Assembly: GCA_963693365.1 (NCBI GenBank)
Contig: CAVNZM010000012.1
Location: 3,485,617 to 3,549,616 of the forward strand
Length of the DNA: 64,000 nucleotides
Source: Amoebidium appalachense
Lineage: Eukaryota; Protista; Ichthyosporea
Reading direction: 5' to 3'
In this document: piece after piece, positions 1-9,829 of the stretch
Layout: each line of letters starts with the position of its first letter
Numbering within the stretch: position 1 is the first letter of the stretch
Position numbers and translations under genes: made by a program
Notes under the pieces: model-generated
Told to the model about the DNA's origin: nothing
Database searches by the model: none
What the model saw: only the letters and a program-made list of their open reading frames with translations

Positions 1-183
1 CCCAACGACTCGCTCGTCCGTCTGCAGAAGAAGTGGCCCATCCTCCGCTACGTGTTTCTGTTCCTGCTCATCTGGCAGGGCCCCGGCAGCGGGCAGAACC
101 TCACGCGCACGCTCATCGCCGTGGGTCTCGTCTATCTCCTCCTCAACTACGCCGTCCCCGCCATCGAGCAGAGCACATCGTAA
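1..183 (+). CDS. 3' end of a small membrane protein, truncated by the window edge
   Basis: Frame 1 is open to TAA at 181-183 and encodes two hydrophobic segments (ILRYVFLFLLIW, TLIAVGLVYLLLNYAV). Not in the ORF track because no start is present. Confidence 0.6.
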   Translation, partial: PNDSLVRLQKKWPILRYVFLFLLIWQGPGSGQNLTRTLIAVGLVYLLLNYAVPAIEQSTS

Positions 184-233
184 ATAAAGCGGGCACCGCC
201 CCACCGCACATATAAATTGCTGACACGTATACA

Positions 234-446
234 ATGGGGCTGGAGCAGTTGATCATAGACCAACTGGACAACAAGAAGAGGCGCGCACGCACGCGCCGCG
301 CGGCCGCACAGGGCCGGCCAGCAGTAGGCGGCAGCAACAAGGCCGACCTTGCCAAGCTGGACATCGCCGAGGCCGAAACCAAGGACCTGCTCAAGCTCAT
401 ACGCAAAGTGCGCAACCAGATGGCCAAGAACAAGAAGGCGGGCTAG
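234..446 (+). CDS. small basic hypothetical protein
   Basis: 70 aa, ATG start preceded by TATAAA, Lys/Arg-rich. Confidence 0.55.
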   Translation: MGLEQLIIDQLDNKKRRARTRRAAAQGRPAVGGSNKADLAKLDIAEAETKDLLKLIRKVRNQMAKNKKAG

Positions 447-572
447 CCGATGGGGGCGGTCCATACGTACAGCGCGAGAACCAGGACCACAATAAAGAAC
501 AACATGAGCACGGGTTTCATTTATTGTTGCCACACAATTGATCGACGTGTCCGGGGTGCCGGCCTAGCATTC

Positions 573-1751
573 TTACGCATCGAGCATTGGGGCGCCCCCA
601 GGCACGCCATGCATGCCCACGCCCATCACATCCGATTCGGTTAGGACTGGGTCGGGCGTGTCGGGTAGATTGAAGGCTCCCGCGTCTGCGCCGCTCGCAG
701 GCCCGCCGAACAAGTTCTGCCCCAAATGTGCAATGGACTCATCGAATTCTCCGGCATCGGGCAGGTCGGCGCCTTCGGTGCTTCGCTCCGATGGGTTGCC
801 CATTCTGACCACCTCGCGCTCCAGCTTCTCGAGGTCGTCGCGCACGGCCTGCAGCCTCACAACATAGCTAAACGCCGGCTTCATTTTCAACATGCTGTCG
901 ATTGCCGCCGTGGCGTTCTTAATCAGCTTGCGGCACTTGCTCAGCAGCTCGTGCGAAAGGCGGAGCTGGCTGGTTATGGACCTGTTGATGGGTCCAAACG
1001 AGGGCGGTGCTACGGACAGATCGAGGCTTTGGTTGAAGGGGTACACATCCTTGTCGCGCACGTGCTTTCGATAGAGGGGTGAGCTGAAGAGCTGGTTGCG
1101 CAGATTCTTCGTGATGCGCAGGTATGTGGCGGCCAGTGACTTGTAGACGGCCAGTCGCTTCAGCAGTTGCTCTGCCCCGATGTTGATCTGGTTCTGGGCC
1201 GCGTTGTTCAAGAAGGCTTCCTTGGCTGCCTTGGTCACCTCTCCCAGGTCCGTGTCGTCGGGCTCGATCTTCATGTCGTCGGCCTTCTTCTTGAGCGACT
1301 TGAACTCGTCCTGGAGGGCGTTGATGTCCTCCGACAGCTTGTTGTCGATGTACTGCTTGGCGAGAATCTTGGCGTTGGTCTTGATCTTGTTGAGGTGCAG
1401 GTCGATCCGCGCCATCATCTCAGCTTGGCTCGCCGCGTGCCCCGTAGCCAGCGGCAGCACCTTGCCCACCGCCTCGAGCTTCTTCTTCTGGTGGTCAAGC
1501 AGCTCCTTGGTCGACACGTGGGTGCGCTCCTTTCGCTTTAGGTCCTCGACATACGCCGCTTTACTTTTCTTGGCCTGGTGCTTGACCAGCGCCTGGTGCT
1601 CCTTGATTTTACGCTTCTTGCCGGCCACATCCCTCGCCATCTCCCTCGCAAACGCGGCTTTGCTTTCCACGGGCTTGTCCAAGTCCCCCCACATCTTGAA
1701 ACGGTCGCGGGGCTGTTTCAGCGCCGCCTCCACATTCTGCGCTCGGTTCAT
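573..1751 (-). CDS. hypothetical helical/coiled-coil protein
   Basis: 392-aa ORF with GC3-biased codons and an AT-rich upstream spacer. Confidence 0.7.
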   Translation of the reverse strand: MNRAQNVEAALKQPRDRFKMWGDLDKPVESKAAFAREMARDVAGKKRKIKEHQALVKHQAKKSKAAYVEDLKRKERTHVSTKELLDHQKKKLEAVGKVLPLATGHAASQAEMMARIDLHLNKIKTNAKILAKQYIDNKLSEDINALQDEFKSLKKKADDMKIEPDDTDLGEVTKAAKEAFLNNAAQNQINIGAEQLLKRLAVYKSLAATYLRITKNLRNQLFSSPLYRKHVRDKDVYPFNQSLDLSVAPPSFGPINRSITSQLRLSHELLSKCRKLIKNATAAIDSMLKMKPAFSYVVRLQAVRDDLEKLEREVVRMGNPSERSTEGADLPDAGEFDESIAHLGQNLFGGPASGADAGAFNLPDTPDPVLTESDVMGVGMHGVPGGAPMLDA

Positions 1752-1799
1752 GTATGATGGTACCCCTATAATATGAAACTGGCGCCCCAGACCGGCGAT

Positions 1800-2306
1800 T
1801 TATGACGCCCCAACCCCGTCCCTCCGGTACGTGGATCCCATGACCCCCCCCCCGGTCCAACTCACGTCTGGGTCCACGAAACCCGCCAACGCCACACTCG
1901 CCGCCATATCGCGAACGCGCGTCTGCAGCTCCGCGAGTTTTCCGTACAGCGCATCCCAAAACGCCTTCTCTCGGTGGTACTCGCGGTTTCGCCTTTCCAT
2001 GATGTCCTGGGCGGCGTACACCTTCGCCAGCTGCTTCGACTGCCAATCGAGCAGCGCCTGCTTGGACCCGGTCGCCCGGGCCAGCTCGCCGGCCATGGCC
2101 TCGAGTACCTGCTGTGTGACCTGGAGGCGCTGACGAGTGGGCTCGGATGACTTCCGTAGCGCGTCCGCCTCCGCGCGCTTCAGCCCCCTGGCCTTGAGAC
2201 TGACCAGCTGTCGGTGCTCTCGATCCCTGCGCGCAACTTCCTTGCGCGCACTCCGGAGCTCGCACAGTTCGCGGCGCATTTCCGTGCGCGTGGTCTGAAA
2301 CGACAT
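1800..2306 (-). CDS. hypothetical coiled-coil protein
   Basis: 168-aa ORF with AATAAAAA upstream of the ATG. Confidence 0.6.
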   Translation of the reverse strand: MSFQTTRTEMRRELCELRSARKEVARRDREHRQLVSLKARGLKRAEADALRKSSEPTRQRLQVTQQVLEAMAGELARATGSKQALLDWQSKQLAKVYAAQDIMERRNREYHREKAFWDALYGKLAELQTRVRDMAASVALAGFVDPDVSWTGGGVMGSTYRRDGVGAS

Positions 2307-2324
2307 TGATTCGTGCGTGCATTT

Positions 2325-2660
2325 TTATTGCGTCTCGCCCGCGGGTCCGAGCCCCAGCTCGCCCTCGTTCACCAGCGCAGCCAGTTGTCTACCGTACTCG
2401 GCGGCCGCGACGGGGTGCCCCTCGCCCAACGTCACAATGTCCTTGCCAACCCTCTTCATAAGTGCAAGCGCATTCTTTTTGGCGAGATGCGCCGCCTTCG
2501 CCGACACCCGAAGCGCGTGCCGCAGCTGCACCACGCGTTCGTTCCCCCGCATCCGACGCCGGTAGACGTTCTTGAGCTGTGCCGCCTCCTCCCTGCGCTT
2601 GGCCCTCTTCCCGGCCATCGAGGCAGCAAGCCGCCGCCGAAATTGGCGGAGTTCCTTCAT
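2325..2660 (-). CDS. small basic hypothetical protein
   Basis: 111-aa ORF packed in tandem with its neighbours. Confidence 0.5.
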   Translation of the reverse strand: MKELRQFRRRLAASMAGKRAKRREEAAQLKNVYRRRMRGNERVVQLRHALRVSAKAAHLAKKNALALMKRVGKDIVTLGEGHPVAAAEYGRQLAALVNEGELGLGPAGETQ

Positions 2661-2930
2661 GCTGTTGACCTACACTTTGCATACAATCACGGCCCCGCAA
2701 CCGTTCCGCATGGCCCCACGAACGTGCTGCATCGGCCGCGGAACGAACCCAGCGCGTAAGGCGACTGCACGAGCCCCTCCTGGTATGCCCTCATGAGCAT
2801 TCGCTGGTGCATGATTTCGCCGGCGCCTCCTCTCCCGCCCCGGCGTAGGCCATGCCGCCGCCTGCGTGAAATCCGTCCTCGTCTCGTCTTACGCATTGGT
2901 CCTTCGCACAATAAACTGCGCTTGTCCCCT

Positions 2931-3215
2931 CTAGTTCCCGCTAAACCGCGCGGCTATGTAGCCCGCCAGCAGCGAGCCCACGATGGCAGCCGCCAGCGAT
3001 ACCAAGAACAGGAGAAGCAGGAATTGCGGGCTCCCCGCACGAACCAGTACTCCTGTTGGCGTGGCTCGGGGGGGCGGGCAGACGACGCGCTTGGCCGGCG
3101 GCGGTGGCTGTTCGTCCTCCTGTTCGTCAAAGTCCTCGCTGCTCTCGTCGAGCGAATCGATAGGCGGGCGAGACTCGTTCTTGCTCTTGTGGCTGTCCAT
3201 TGTACAATGGCACAC
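2931..3215 (-). CDS. small tail-anchored membrane protein
   Basis: Acidic N-terminus and a C-terminal hydrophobic helix FLLLLFLVSLAAAIVGSLLAGYIAA. Confidence 0.55.
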   Translation of the reverse strand: MCHCTMDSHKSKNESRPPIDSLDESSEDFDEQEDEQPPPPAKRVVCPPPRATPTGVLVRAGSPQFLLLLFLVSLAAAIVGSLLAGYIAARFSGN

Positions 3216-3235
3216 ATAAAATTCACATCCCGGTT

Positions 3236-3898
3236 ATGTGGCTTCCGCTCTTGGTGTTGGTGGCCCTCGCCGTAGGCCTGTACATGTTTCAGGCCTCCAG
3301 ATGCCCGCTCCCCTCCAGGTTCAGCTGGATGGATCTAAAGCCCGAGTCCATGCCACCCGTGGCGTACCAGGCCAAGTGTGGCTCGTGTTGGGCTCATGCT
3401 ACCGCAGCCGCGCTGCAGGCCCGCCTGGTCGTGCAGCTGGGAAAGAGGTCCGCTGTCGACACGGACGACATCATCAAAAACGCGCTCGGCAACAGGGGGT
3501 GTATGGGCGGCACGCTGGTTAAGGCTTTCAGGCACGCACGCAGCGTGGGCGTCCTGACACCCGAAGGCCGTGTCAGGCTGCGCTCCTTCCGGGACATGTT
3601 CAGGTCAGACGTCTGCAGCATCAAGGAGGAGATCTACAGGAACGGCCCCGTCGCCATGCACGTCTTGGAGCACCGGTCCATGAAGCGCCTGCCCCCCGAC
3701 ACCACCTGGTACCCCGAGCCGGGCGAGCGCCCGCTGGGTGGCCACGCCGTCATGGTGTTCGGTTGGGACGACGCAAAGGGTGGCTGGTTGGTCCAGAACA
3801 GCTGGGGGCGCGGGTGGGCAAACGCCGGGCGTGGGGTGTTCGGATATGGCGCGGGTAAGATCGACTCCTTGCACGTCCTCGCCGGCTCGTTCGTCTAG
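3236..3898 (+). CDS. papain-like (C1A) cysteine protease with signal/anchor
   Basis: QAKCGSCWA (oxyanion Q and catalytic C), GCMGG, GGHAV (H), VQNSWGRGW (N); hydrophobic N-terminus from ATG 3236. Confidence 0.93.
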   Translation: MWLPLLVLVALAVGLYMFQASRCPLPSRFSWMDLKPESMPPVAYQAKCGSCWAHATAAALQARLVVQLGKRSAVDTDDIIKNALGNRGCMGGTLVKAFRHARSVGVLTPEGRVRLRSFRDMFRSDVCSIKEEIYRNGPVAMHVLEHRSMKRLPPDTTWYPEPGERPLGGHAVMVFGWDDAKGGWLVQNSWGRGWANAGRGVFGYGAGKIDSLHVLAGSFV

Positions 3899-4197
3899 AT
3901 CACGTAGCTGACGGTGGTGTTCAGGACGTTGCGGAGGTCGGTGCCGTCCTTGGCCGTGTTGTTCAGGTCATTCTTGGGGTCCACGTTCACGGACACCGGC
4001 TGCGTCGTGGTGGGCTTGGGCTTCGCGGCGTGTCTGTAGCGACACGTGGACCCCGACACTTGCCGGTGGTACCGGTGCATGTGGCGTTTGTAGACGACGA
4101 AGTAGTAGATGGCCACGACCGCAAGGGCAAGCAGCACCGTGTTGTTGTTGATCTCCATTAGCGTGCTCTGCCAAAAAAAAATAATTGGATAGGGCAT
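3895..4197 (-). CDS. small single-TM protein
   Basis: TM segment VLLALAVVAIYYFVVY followed by a basic tail; the real start may be the internal MEINNN. Confidence 0.5.
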   Translation of the reverse strand: MPYPIIFFWQSTLMEINNNTVLLALAVVAIYYFVVYKRHMHRYHRQVSGSTCRYRHAAKPKPTTTQPVSVNVDPKNDLNNTAKDGTDLRNVLNTTVSYVI

Positions 4198-4519
4198 GGC
4201 TGATTCTTACGGACGCACACTGCTCTCCGACCAAAACAACCTCACGTCGTCGATGATCGCGAACGAGGCGCGCACACGCGTGAAGACCGGTGACAGGCTG
4301 TCGCGCTCATGCAGGCTCGATGTCACGGTCATGGAAGGCACGTCGCGCTTCATCCTGCCGCGGACGAACGTCCCGTCGTCTATGTACGAGGTGCGCACGG
4401 AGCGCCGCGACATGATCCACCCGTACGTGATCGAGAAGAACAGGAGCACCACAAGCGCGCTGGCCTTCCAGGACGCCTGGCGCAGCGCCATGCCCACGGC
4501 ACCACTCGGTGGGGTATAA
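4196..4519 (+). CDS. hypothetical protein
   Basis: 107-aa ORF divergent from an AT-rich spacer. Confidence 0.5.
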   Translation: MADSYGRTLLSDQNNLTSSMIANEARTRVKTGDRLSRSCRLDVTVMEGTSRFILPRTNVPSSMYEVRTERRDMIHPYVIEKNRSTTSALAFQDAWRSAMPTAPLGGV

Positions 4520-4553
4520 AAGGAGTGCATACAGGTCAGTTGAGGCAGTCACG

Positions 4554-5261
4554 ATGCAGTTCACGCACTGGACAGAGGCCCTCCATGGCCGGGAGCTCAC
4601 CATCGGCCCCTCCAAGCTCGAGAGCAACCGCGCCGGCAACCACACCGCCATCTACTTCCCCGTGCGCCGCTACAACAAGCCCATTCGCTTCTACACACCC
4701 CTGCTAAAGTGCAAGTTCCCGCCCAACGACGAGTACAACTCCATCGACGTGTCCCAGTACGCTCCGTCAAGTGGGTCACAGGACCAGGTGGACAGCTTTA
4801 TTTCGTGTGTGCGCGAGCTGGAGGCCGCGGTCGTCGCGTGGGCCGTCCAAAACGCCGAGATGGCCTTCTCCGACTTCGAGCCCGTGCCGGATGAGCTGGC
4901 CATCAACCACCGCATGCGCTCGTGTCTCGTCGATCGCATCGAGGCCATCAAGTTCCGCCTGTTGCCCGACGCAGGTGTCGCCTACTTCGACGCTGCAGGC
5001 AAGGCCCTGACCCGCGACGACGTCCTCCAACTCTTCAACTCGCCCAATCTCCCCAACATCCGCGTGGCTGGCGAGATCAAGTCCGTGGGCATCTACAACG
5101 GCCAGAAGCGACGCGGCCAGAAGGTCGAGTTCGACGGCAAGCTTGAGGTGCGCCTGTTTGCCCTGCAGATCCGTGTGCTCCCACCCGACGACGCCGACAG
5201 CACCAACTTGCCCACGGGCGTCTGCATGCTCCCCCCCGAGGACGTGTGCATGCAGCCCTAG
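4554..5261 (+). CDS. putative NCLDV single-stranded DNA-binding protein (OB-fold, DUF2738/T7 gp2.5-like)
   Basis: FYTPLLKCKFP, then helix SFISCVRELEAAVVAWA, then a C-terminal beta-rich region ending ALQIRV and an acidic tail; TATAAAA upstream. Confidence 0.6.
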   Translation: MQFTHWTEALHGRELTIGPSKLESNRAGNHTAIYFPVRRYNKPIRFYTPLLKCKFPPNDEYNSIDVSQYAPSSGSQDQVDSFISCVRELEAAVVAWAVQNAEMAFSDFEPVPDELAINHRMRSCLVDRIEAIKFRLLPDAGVAYFDAAGKALTRDDVLQLFNSPNLPNIRVAGEIKSVGIYNGQKRRGQKVEFDGKLEVRLFALQIRVLPPDDADSTNLPTGVCMLPPEDVCMQP

Positions 5262-5827
5262 TCCAGTTCTGTGTCGATCATCATGTCCTGGCGGTTGAGG
5301 TCGTCCTTAGCGCTCTGGATGCGGCTCTCGAGCCCATCCGCGAGCTGGTGGCGGTGCCGCAGCTCGTTGTTCATGATTTCCTCTATAGTCTTGTTGGGGT
5401 GGACCACCTCCTCGCAGAGGTCGGTCTTGGGGGGTACGGCAAACCATTCGTACATGGGTGCCACGTAGATGTCCCAGTAGGGGTCCTTCTCCTGCAGCAG
5501 CCGCGCGTGTGCGTTGGCCTCCTCGACCGTGTCGAAGGCCCCTCGTACCTTCATCGCGCACTGCTTGTCAGCCGTTACCTGGTCGAGTCCCTGTGCGGCA
5601 CAGGACATGACAATAAAGTTCAGCTTGTCTACCTTTACTGGGTCGGTTTCCGCCCGCACCTCGTTCATCGAGGGGCGCGGGATCTCCGTACGCGAGTAGT
5701 TGGTCGTCACGCCCCCATTCGGGAGCGCGACCTCGGGGGGCGCGTGGGGGGGGCGTGCACGGGACTCGGGGGGTCCCGTCTGCTCCTCGTCCTCGTCGTG
5801 CATGCGCTTCGATGAACAGGGGTCCAT
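5258..5827 (-). CDS. conserved NCLDV protein (DUF5832-like)
   Basis: MKVRGAFDTVEEANAHARLLQEKDPYWDIYVAPMYEW fits the family pattern KIRG.F...EEA..HA..L...DP..DIYV.....W. Confidence 0.75.
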   Translation of the reverse strand: MDPCSSKRMHDEDEEQTGPPESRARPPHAPPEVALPNGGVTTNYSRTEIPRPSMNEVRAETDPVKVDKLNFIVMSCAAQGLDQVTADKQCAMKVRGAFDTVEEANAHARLLQEKDPYWDIYVAPMYEWFAVPPKTDLCEEVVHPNKTIEEIMNNELRHRHQLADGLESRIQSAKDDLNRQDMMIDTELD

Positions 5828-5927
5828 TACCGTGGGGGGAGAAAATATTACACAGCCAAAATGGCGCTGCCCGGTGGTCCGCCGCGCCTGAATGTATCCA
5901 GACGACAGGATGGTGTGTATACTCGGA

Positions 5928-6641
5928 ATGGGCGACTGTGGCAACAGCACGACCACGACGCTGCAAAACATCGTCCGCAATTCCGTGTCCACGAGCATCA
6001 AGGTGGATCAGAGCGTAAGCACCTCGACCGTGACGGACCAGAAGATGACGATCTCGGGTCTCACGGGTGCGGACCTCGGCGAAATTAATCAGCTCCAGCG
6101 CGTCAAGATCAACATCAAGGCCATACAGAAGACGCAGAGCACGAACGAGTTCAAGAGTACGTTGGAAGCGGAGCTCAACGAGAAACTCAAACAGAAGACT
6201 GAGCTGGGCAGCAGCGGCAAGAACTCCAGCGACACGTTCTCGCAGACCATCAACGACTTCACCTTCAATGCAACGCGCGCGTTTGACAGCTCGCTGACCC
6301 TCATGATGAACGCGAAGCAGGAGATGGAGATCAAAGACGACCGTGACCTGAAAATCAAGAAAATTAATCAGGTACAGACCATCGAAGCGCTGGCCGAGCT
6401 CTTGTCGGAGAACATCATGAACGACACGGCGGTCCAGAAGTCGGCTGCAAAGCTGGAGAAGATTACCGAACAGTCGAGCGAGGGTCTTGCCGGCATGTTT
6501 GGTGCGTTCGGTGGGATGCTCAAGGTCGTCGCCGTCATTTTGGTGCTTGCCATCGTGGGATATTTGCTGTTTCGCTTATTGGGCATGCCGAAGATGAATG
6601 CCGGCACGGCACAAGGCGTGCCCCGCGGCATGTATTACTAA
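5928..6641 (+). CDS. myristoylated virion membrane protein (poxvirus L1/ASFV E248R-like)
   Basis: N-terminal MG (MGDCGNS), Ser/Thr/Asn/Gln-rich body with repeated INQ motifs, C-terminal TM VVAVILVLAIVGYLLF. Confidence 0.75.
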   Translation: MGDCGNSTTTTLQNIVRNSVSTSIKVDQSVSTSTVTDQKMTISGLTGADLGEINQLQRVKINIKAIQKTQSTNEFKSTLEAELNEKLKQKTELGSSGKNSSDTFSQTINDFTFNATRAFDSSLTLMMNAKQEMEIKDDRDLKIKKINQVQTIEALAELLSENIMNDTAVQKSAAKLEKITEQSSEGLAGMFGAFGGMLKVVAVILVLAIVGYLLFRLLGMPKMNAGTAQGVPRGMYY

Positions 6642-6866
6642 TTGGTCACGTTGCTCCGTCCGTCCCTCCACAAACCTCACGTCGCAAGTCTGGTGGTACG
6701 GCCAGGCGCACGCGCACGTCCTCCCTGCCTTCCACGCGCGCCCGGAGTGCCTCAAGCAGCCGGTGCACGCGCTCGAACTCCATGCTCATGACCTGCGAGA
6801 GTGCGTCCACTGGATCCTTGCCATCCATACCCATACCGCCCCATTTTATTGCAACGCACGGCATAC

Positions 6867-7386
6867 ATGGAGATCCCCACACGCTACCATGCCGCCGGCG
6901 GCCCGTTCTACGACAAGCTCATGGCCAGGGAGAACATGGCGCGGCTCCAACAGGCCCTCCCGTTCCACGCGGACTGGGCCGATCTCCATGACGCCATGAC
7001 CACCGCGTACAACACCGTGTTCGCCTACGGCGGCTTCAGCGAGCGTGGCGACGCCGCCATCGAAGCAACCGTCTCACTCGCGGCGGAGACGCTGACGGAC
7101 CAGCACCGGGCCGCCCAGGCCCTGGCGGACTCGTTGTACAACATCGACCAGGCCCGCACACGCAACCCCGCCATGGCGCCCCGCCCCCAGGTGGCCGTCC
7201 CCGGGAAGGCGCGCTCCCACAAACGCGTGGCGCCGCCGCCCTCGCACCGCCGACCGCTTCAACCAGGACGCCCGCGTGGTCACCACGCCCCATTCCAACC
7301 GCTCGCTGACCCCCGCCGAGCTGCGCCAGATGCGCGGGGTCGCGACCGTGGAGCTCTCGGACACGATCCTGAAGTACATGCTGTGA
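6867..7386 (+). CDS. hypothetical protein with one apparent frameshift (about 7230-7250)
   Basis: MEIPTRYH... continues naturally in another frame as ADRFNQDARVVTTPHSNRSLTPAELRQMRGVATVELSDTILKYML-TGA (7384-7386). Confidence 0.5.
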
Positions 7387-7502
7387 GAGGGTCTGGACTC
7401 GCGAGCCCTTCACGGGTATAAATTCCGCGCGCCAGCTCCGACAAAGCCCAGTCTCTTCTGCAAGGCTTTTTCTCAACCTCTCTCTTTCCACCCAACATCG
7501 AC

Positions 7503-8084
7503 ATGGACATCGACATGGTCGCTCCCGCCGCTCCCGCTGTGCCAGCCCCTGCCGCTGCCAGCACCATTCCAGCTTACCCCGCATTCAAGGAGGTGCGCGC
7601 ACCAGACACCATGGACTTTGGCAAGAAGGTGTTGACGGTAACGACGACCTACCCCAACGGCCACGTCTACTTCAACGGCACCATGCTGTGCAACGTGGGG
7701 CGCGAGTACAACACCGAGAAGACGGGGGATGGCGCGGAGAAGAAGGTTGTTCTGTGGAGCCGCAAGAACGCCGATCTTATCGGCAAAGTTGTAGAGCGTT
7801 TGAACTCAACTCTGACTCCTCCCGCTGGCGGGCTCCATGTCGATGAAAACGGACCGGTGCCCACAGGCACCGCTCGTCACGTGACCATCGGTGACGTCAT
7901 CGACACATCGAACACCATGAAGAAGTCTGGTGACCCTGCGCTGCGCGGCTCGTGTCCATCGACTTCGCCGTGCACACGGACACCCTGCTCTCGCGCATGT
8001 TCACGGGTGACTACTCCGTGTTGGCTGATGACAATTGGTGACGTCATCGACACCGTGTATAAAAGAGACAACACCCACTGGTGA
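7503..8084 (+). pseudogene. truncated KilA-N domain gene
   Basis: Near-identical to the N-terminus of the 34244(-) gene (YPAFKEVRAP..MDFG.KVLTVTTTYPNGHVYFNGTMLC). A roughly 40-bp deletion near 7950 removes the GTFVHIALFPALARY motif and shifts the frame. Confidence 0.75.
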
Positions 8085-8108
8085 TGGCCAGTCCATACCA
8101 GCGCCAAC

Positions 8109-9420
8109 ATGGAACACATCAACCATCCACCAGTTCAAGTTGATAACGCTGGAGCTACGGACATGGCGATTCCTGCCTACCCCGGCTTCCGCCCCTTTGT
8201 CGCTCCCCCTGAGATGGGCTTTGCCGGTCGCGTGCTGACTGCCTTCACAACGTACCCCAACGGCCGCACGTTCTTCAACGCAACAATGCTGTGTAAGACC
8301 GGGCGGGTGTTCAACGCCGAGAAGACAGGTGATGACGCAAAGAAAGAAATCATGTTTTGGGAGCGTAAACACAAGAGTTTGATTTCTGCAATTGCAGAAT
8401 TAGCCAATCAGAGACCCTCACTGCCCCAGGGCAGTGACGGTCACGTGACCGCCAAAGACCTCATCAACACTACCTACGCACGCAAACAGACCGGACCCGT
8501 GGAAACACGTGGGACGTTTGTCGACGCCATCCTGTTCCCTGCTCTAGCCCGCTACATCTCGGACCGCTTTGCCTTCTACACCGACAGCATCACGGCGCGC
8601 TACGTCACGGGCGACTACACGGTACTGAAGGAGGTCATCAAAGTGTGTGACAACTTCCACGGTGTACGCACAGAGAATGTCCAAATCGAAATGAGCGAGT
8701 ACTATGCCGAGCAGGAACGTCGGTACAAGGAGCGCGAGTCGGGAATTGGAAGAGCGTGTGAGTTTTTGGAAGCGTACCTCATCTGACCTCCAGGACACTC
8801 TCGCTGCCTGTGCCAAACGAATGCGCCACATGGACGAAATCACCAACACTATGCCACAGGCTATTACTGCCAACACACTACCCGACAACCCGGACCATTC
8901 AGCTCTAGACGGTGAGGGGAACAAGTACCTTCGCGACCGCCTATACAATTTTCCACGCGCCGTGTCAGCTGCCGTGTACGAGGGTGACACCAAGGGTGCA
9001 TCATCGTTTGTGAAAGATTACATAGGCGATGTGCTTAACATTGATGTGGTTGGCATGGGGGACATGGTCGGTGTGATTGGAGCAGATATGATTATCCAGC
9101 GCGCAATTAAGCTTCGTTCCGCTGTTGGGTGGGACAAGGCAGTCCTGTCCACCGAGATCACTGCTCGTCAGGCCTTTACCATCATTAACAGCACAGCAGA
9201 CTCTGCTGGATGAAGCTCAACGTTCCTGGAACTACCGTGGTGTCTGAATTCAAGCACCAGGCCAACGTCTTCCGAAACAGATATGAGGGGTTGACCCCTT
9301 CATCCATGGAGCCGCGTCTGGTGCTGGAGTTAGGCAAAAAGGGACAGCGTGCCGCTGATACGCAGTGAACACTCCCTAAGGTGTTCTCCAGGTTGTGGCT
9401 GTGGGGGGCGTGCAAGATCA
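8109..9420 (+). pseudogene. KilA-N domain gene broken by frameshifts
   Basis: FFNATMLC...RGTFVDAILFPALARYISDRFA (KilA-N). The C-terminal domain homologous to 34244(-) continues in ORF 8704-9213 and beyond; end coordinate approximate. Confidence 0.7.
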
Positions 9421-9532
9421 GCTGGTTACTCTGCAACGCCACGCAATTGACATGGCGCCAGTTTTACTTGCTCGTGGCGCGTTTCAACGAGCTGGCCTCC
9501 GGTGAAAATAAACGGTTCCGGGATGAATAAGC

Positions 9533-9808
9533 CTACCACGAGATCGTGAGCTCCTCCCCCCGCCGTGTCACCACGAACCGCCGCGCGCGCAGCCGCCGCG
9601 CAAGCATGTTGCCCACCGCCTCCACGTCGTACACCGTCGTGCCCGTGGGCATGTGGTACACCACCACGCGCTCGCCCATGCGTGCGCGCCACTCGATGCT
9701 GCGGTACGCGTTAGCGAGCAGCGCCTGCACCACCTGCTCGCGGTGCCGGTCCACCGCTCCGGACATGCTCTTGGCGCTGGCCGCGGTTAGTGTGCTTTTG
9801 CCCTCCAT
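9533..9808 (-). CDS. small hypothetical protein
   Basis: 91 aa with ATAAAA directly upstream of the ATG. Confidence 0.5.
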   Translation of the reverse strand: MEGKSTLTAASAKSMSGAVDRHREQVVQALLANAYRSIEWRARMGERVVVYHMPTGTTVYDVEAVGNMLARRLRARRFVVTRRGEELTISW

Positions 9809-9829
9809 GTTTTATCGGGCCCTTATACT

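Noticed and set aside
6867-7386. Minor capsid P8-like assignment
   Set aside because: The resemblance is too weak to call without a profile search.
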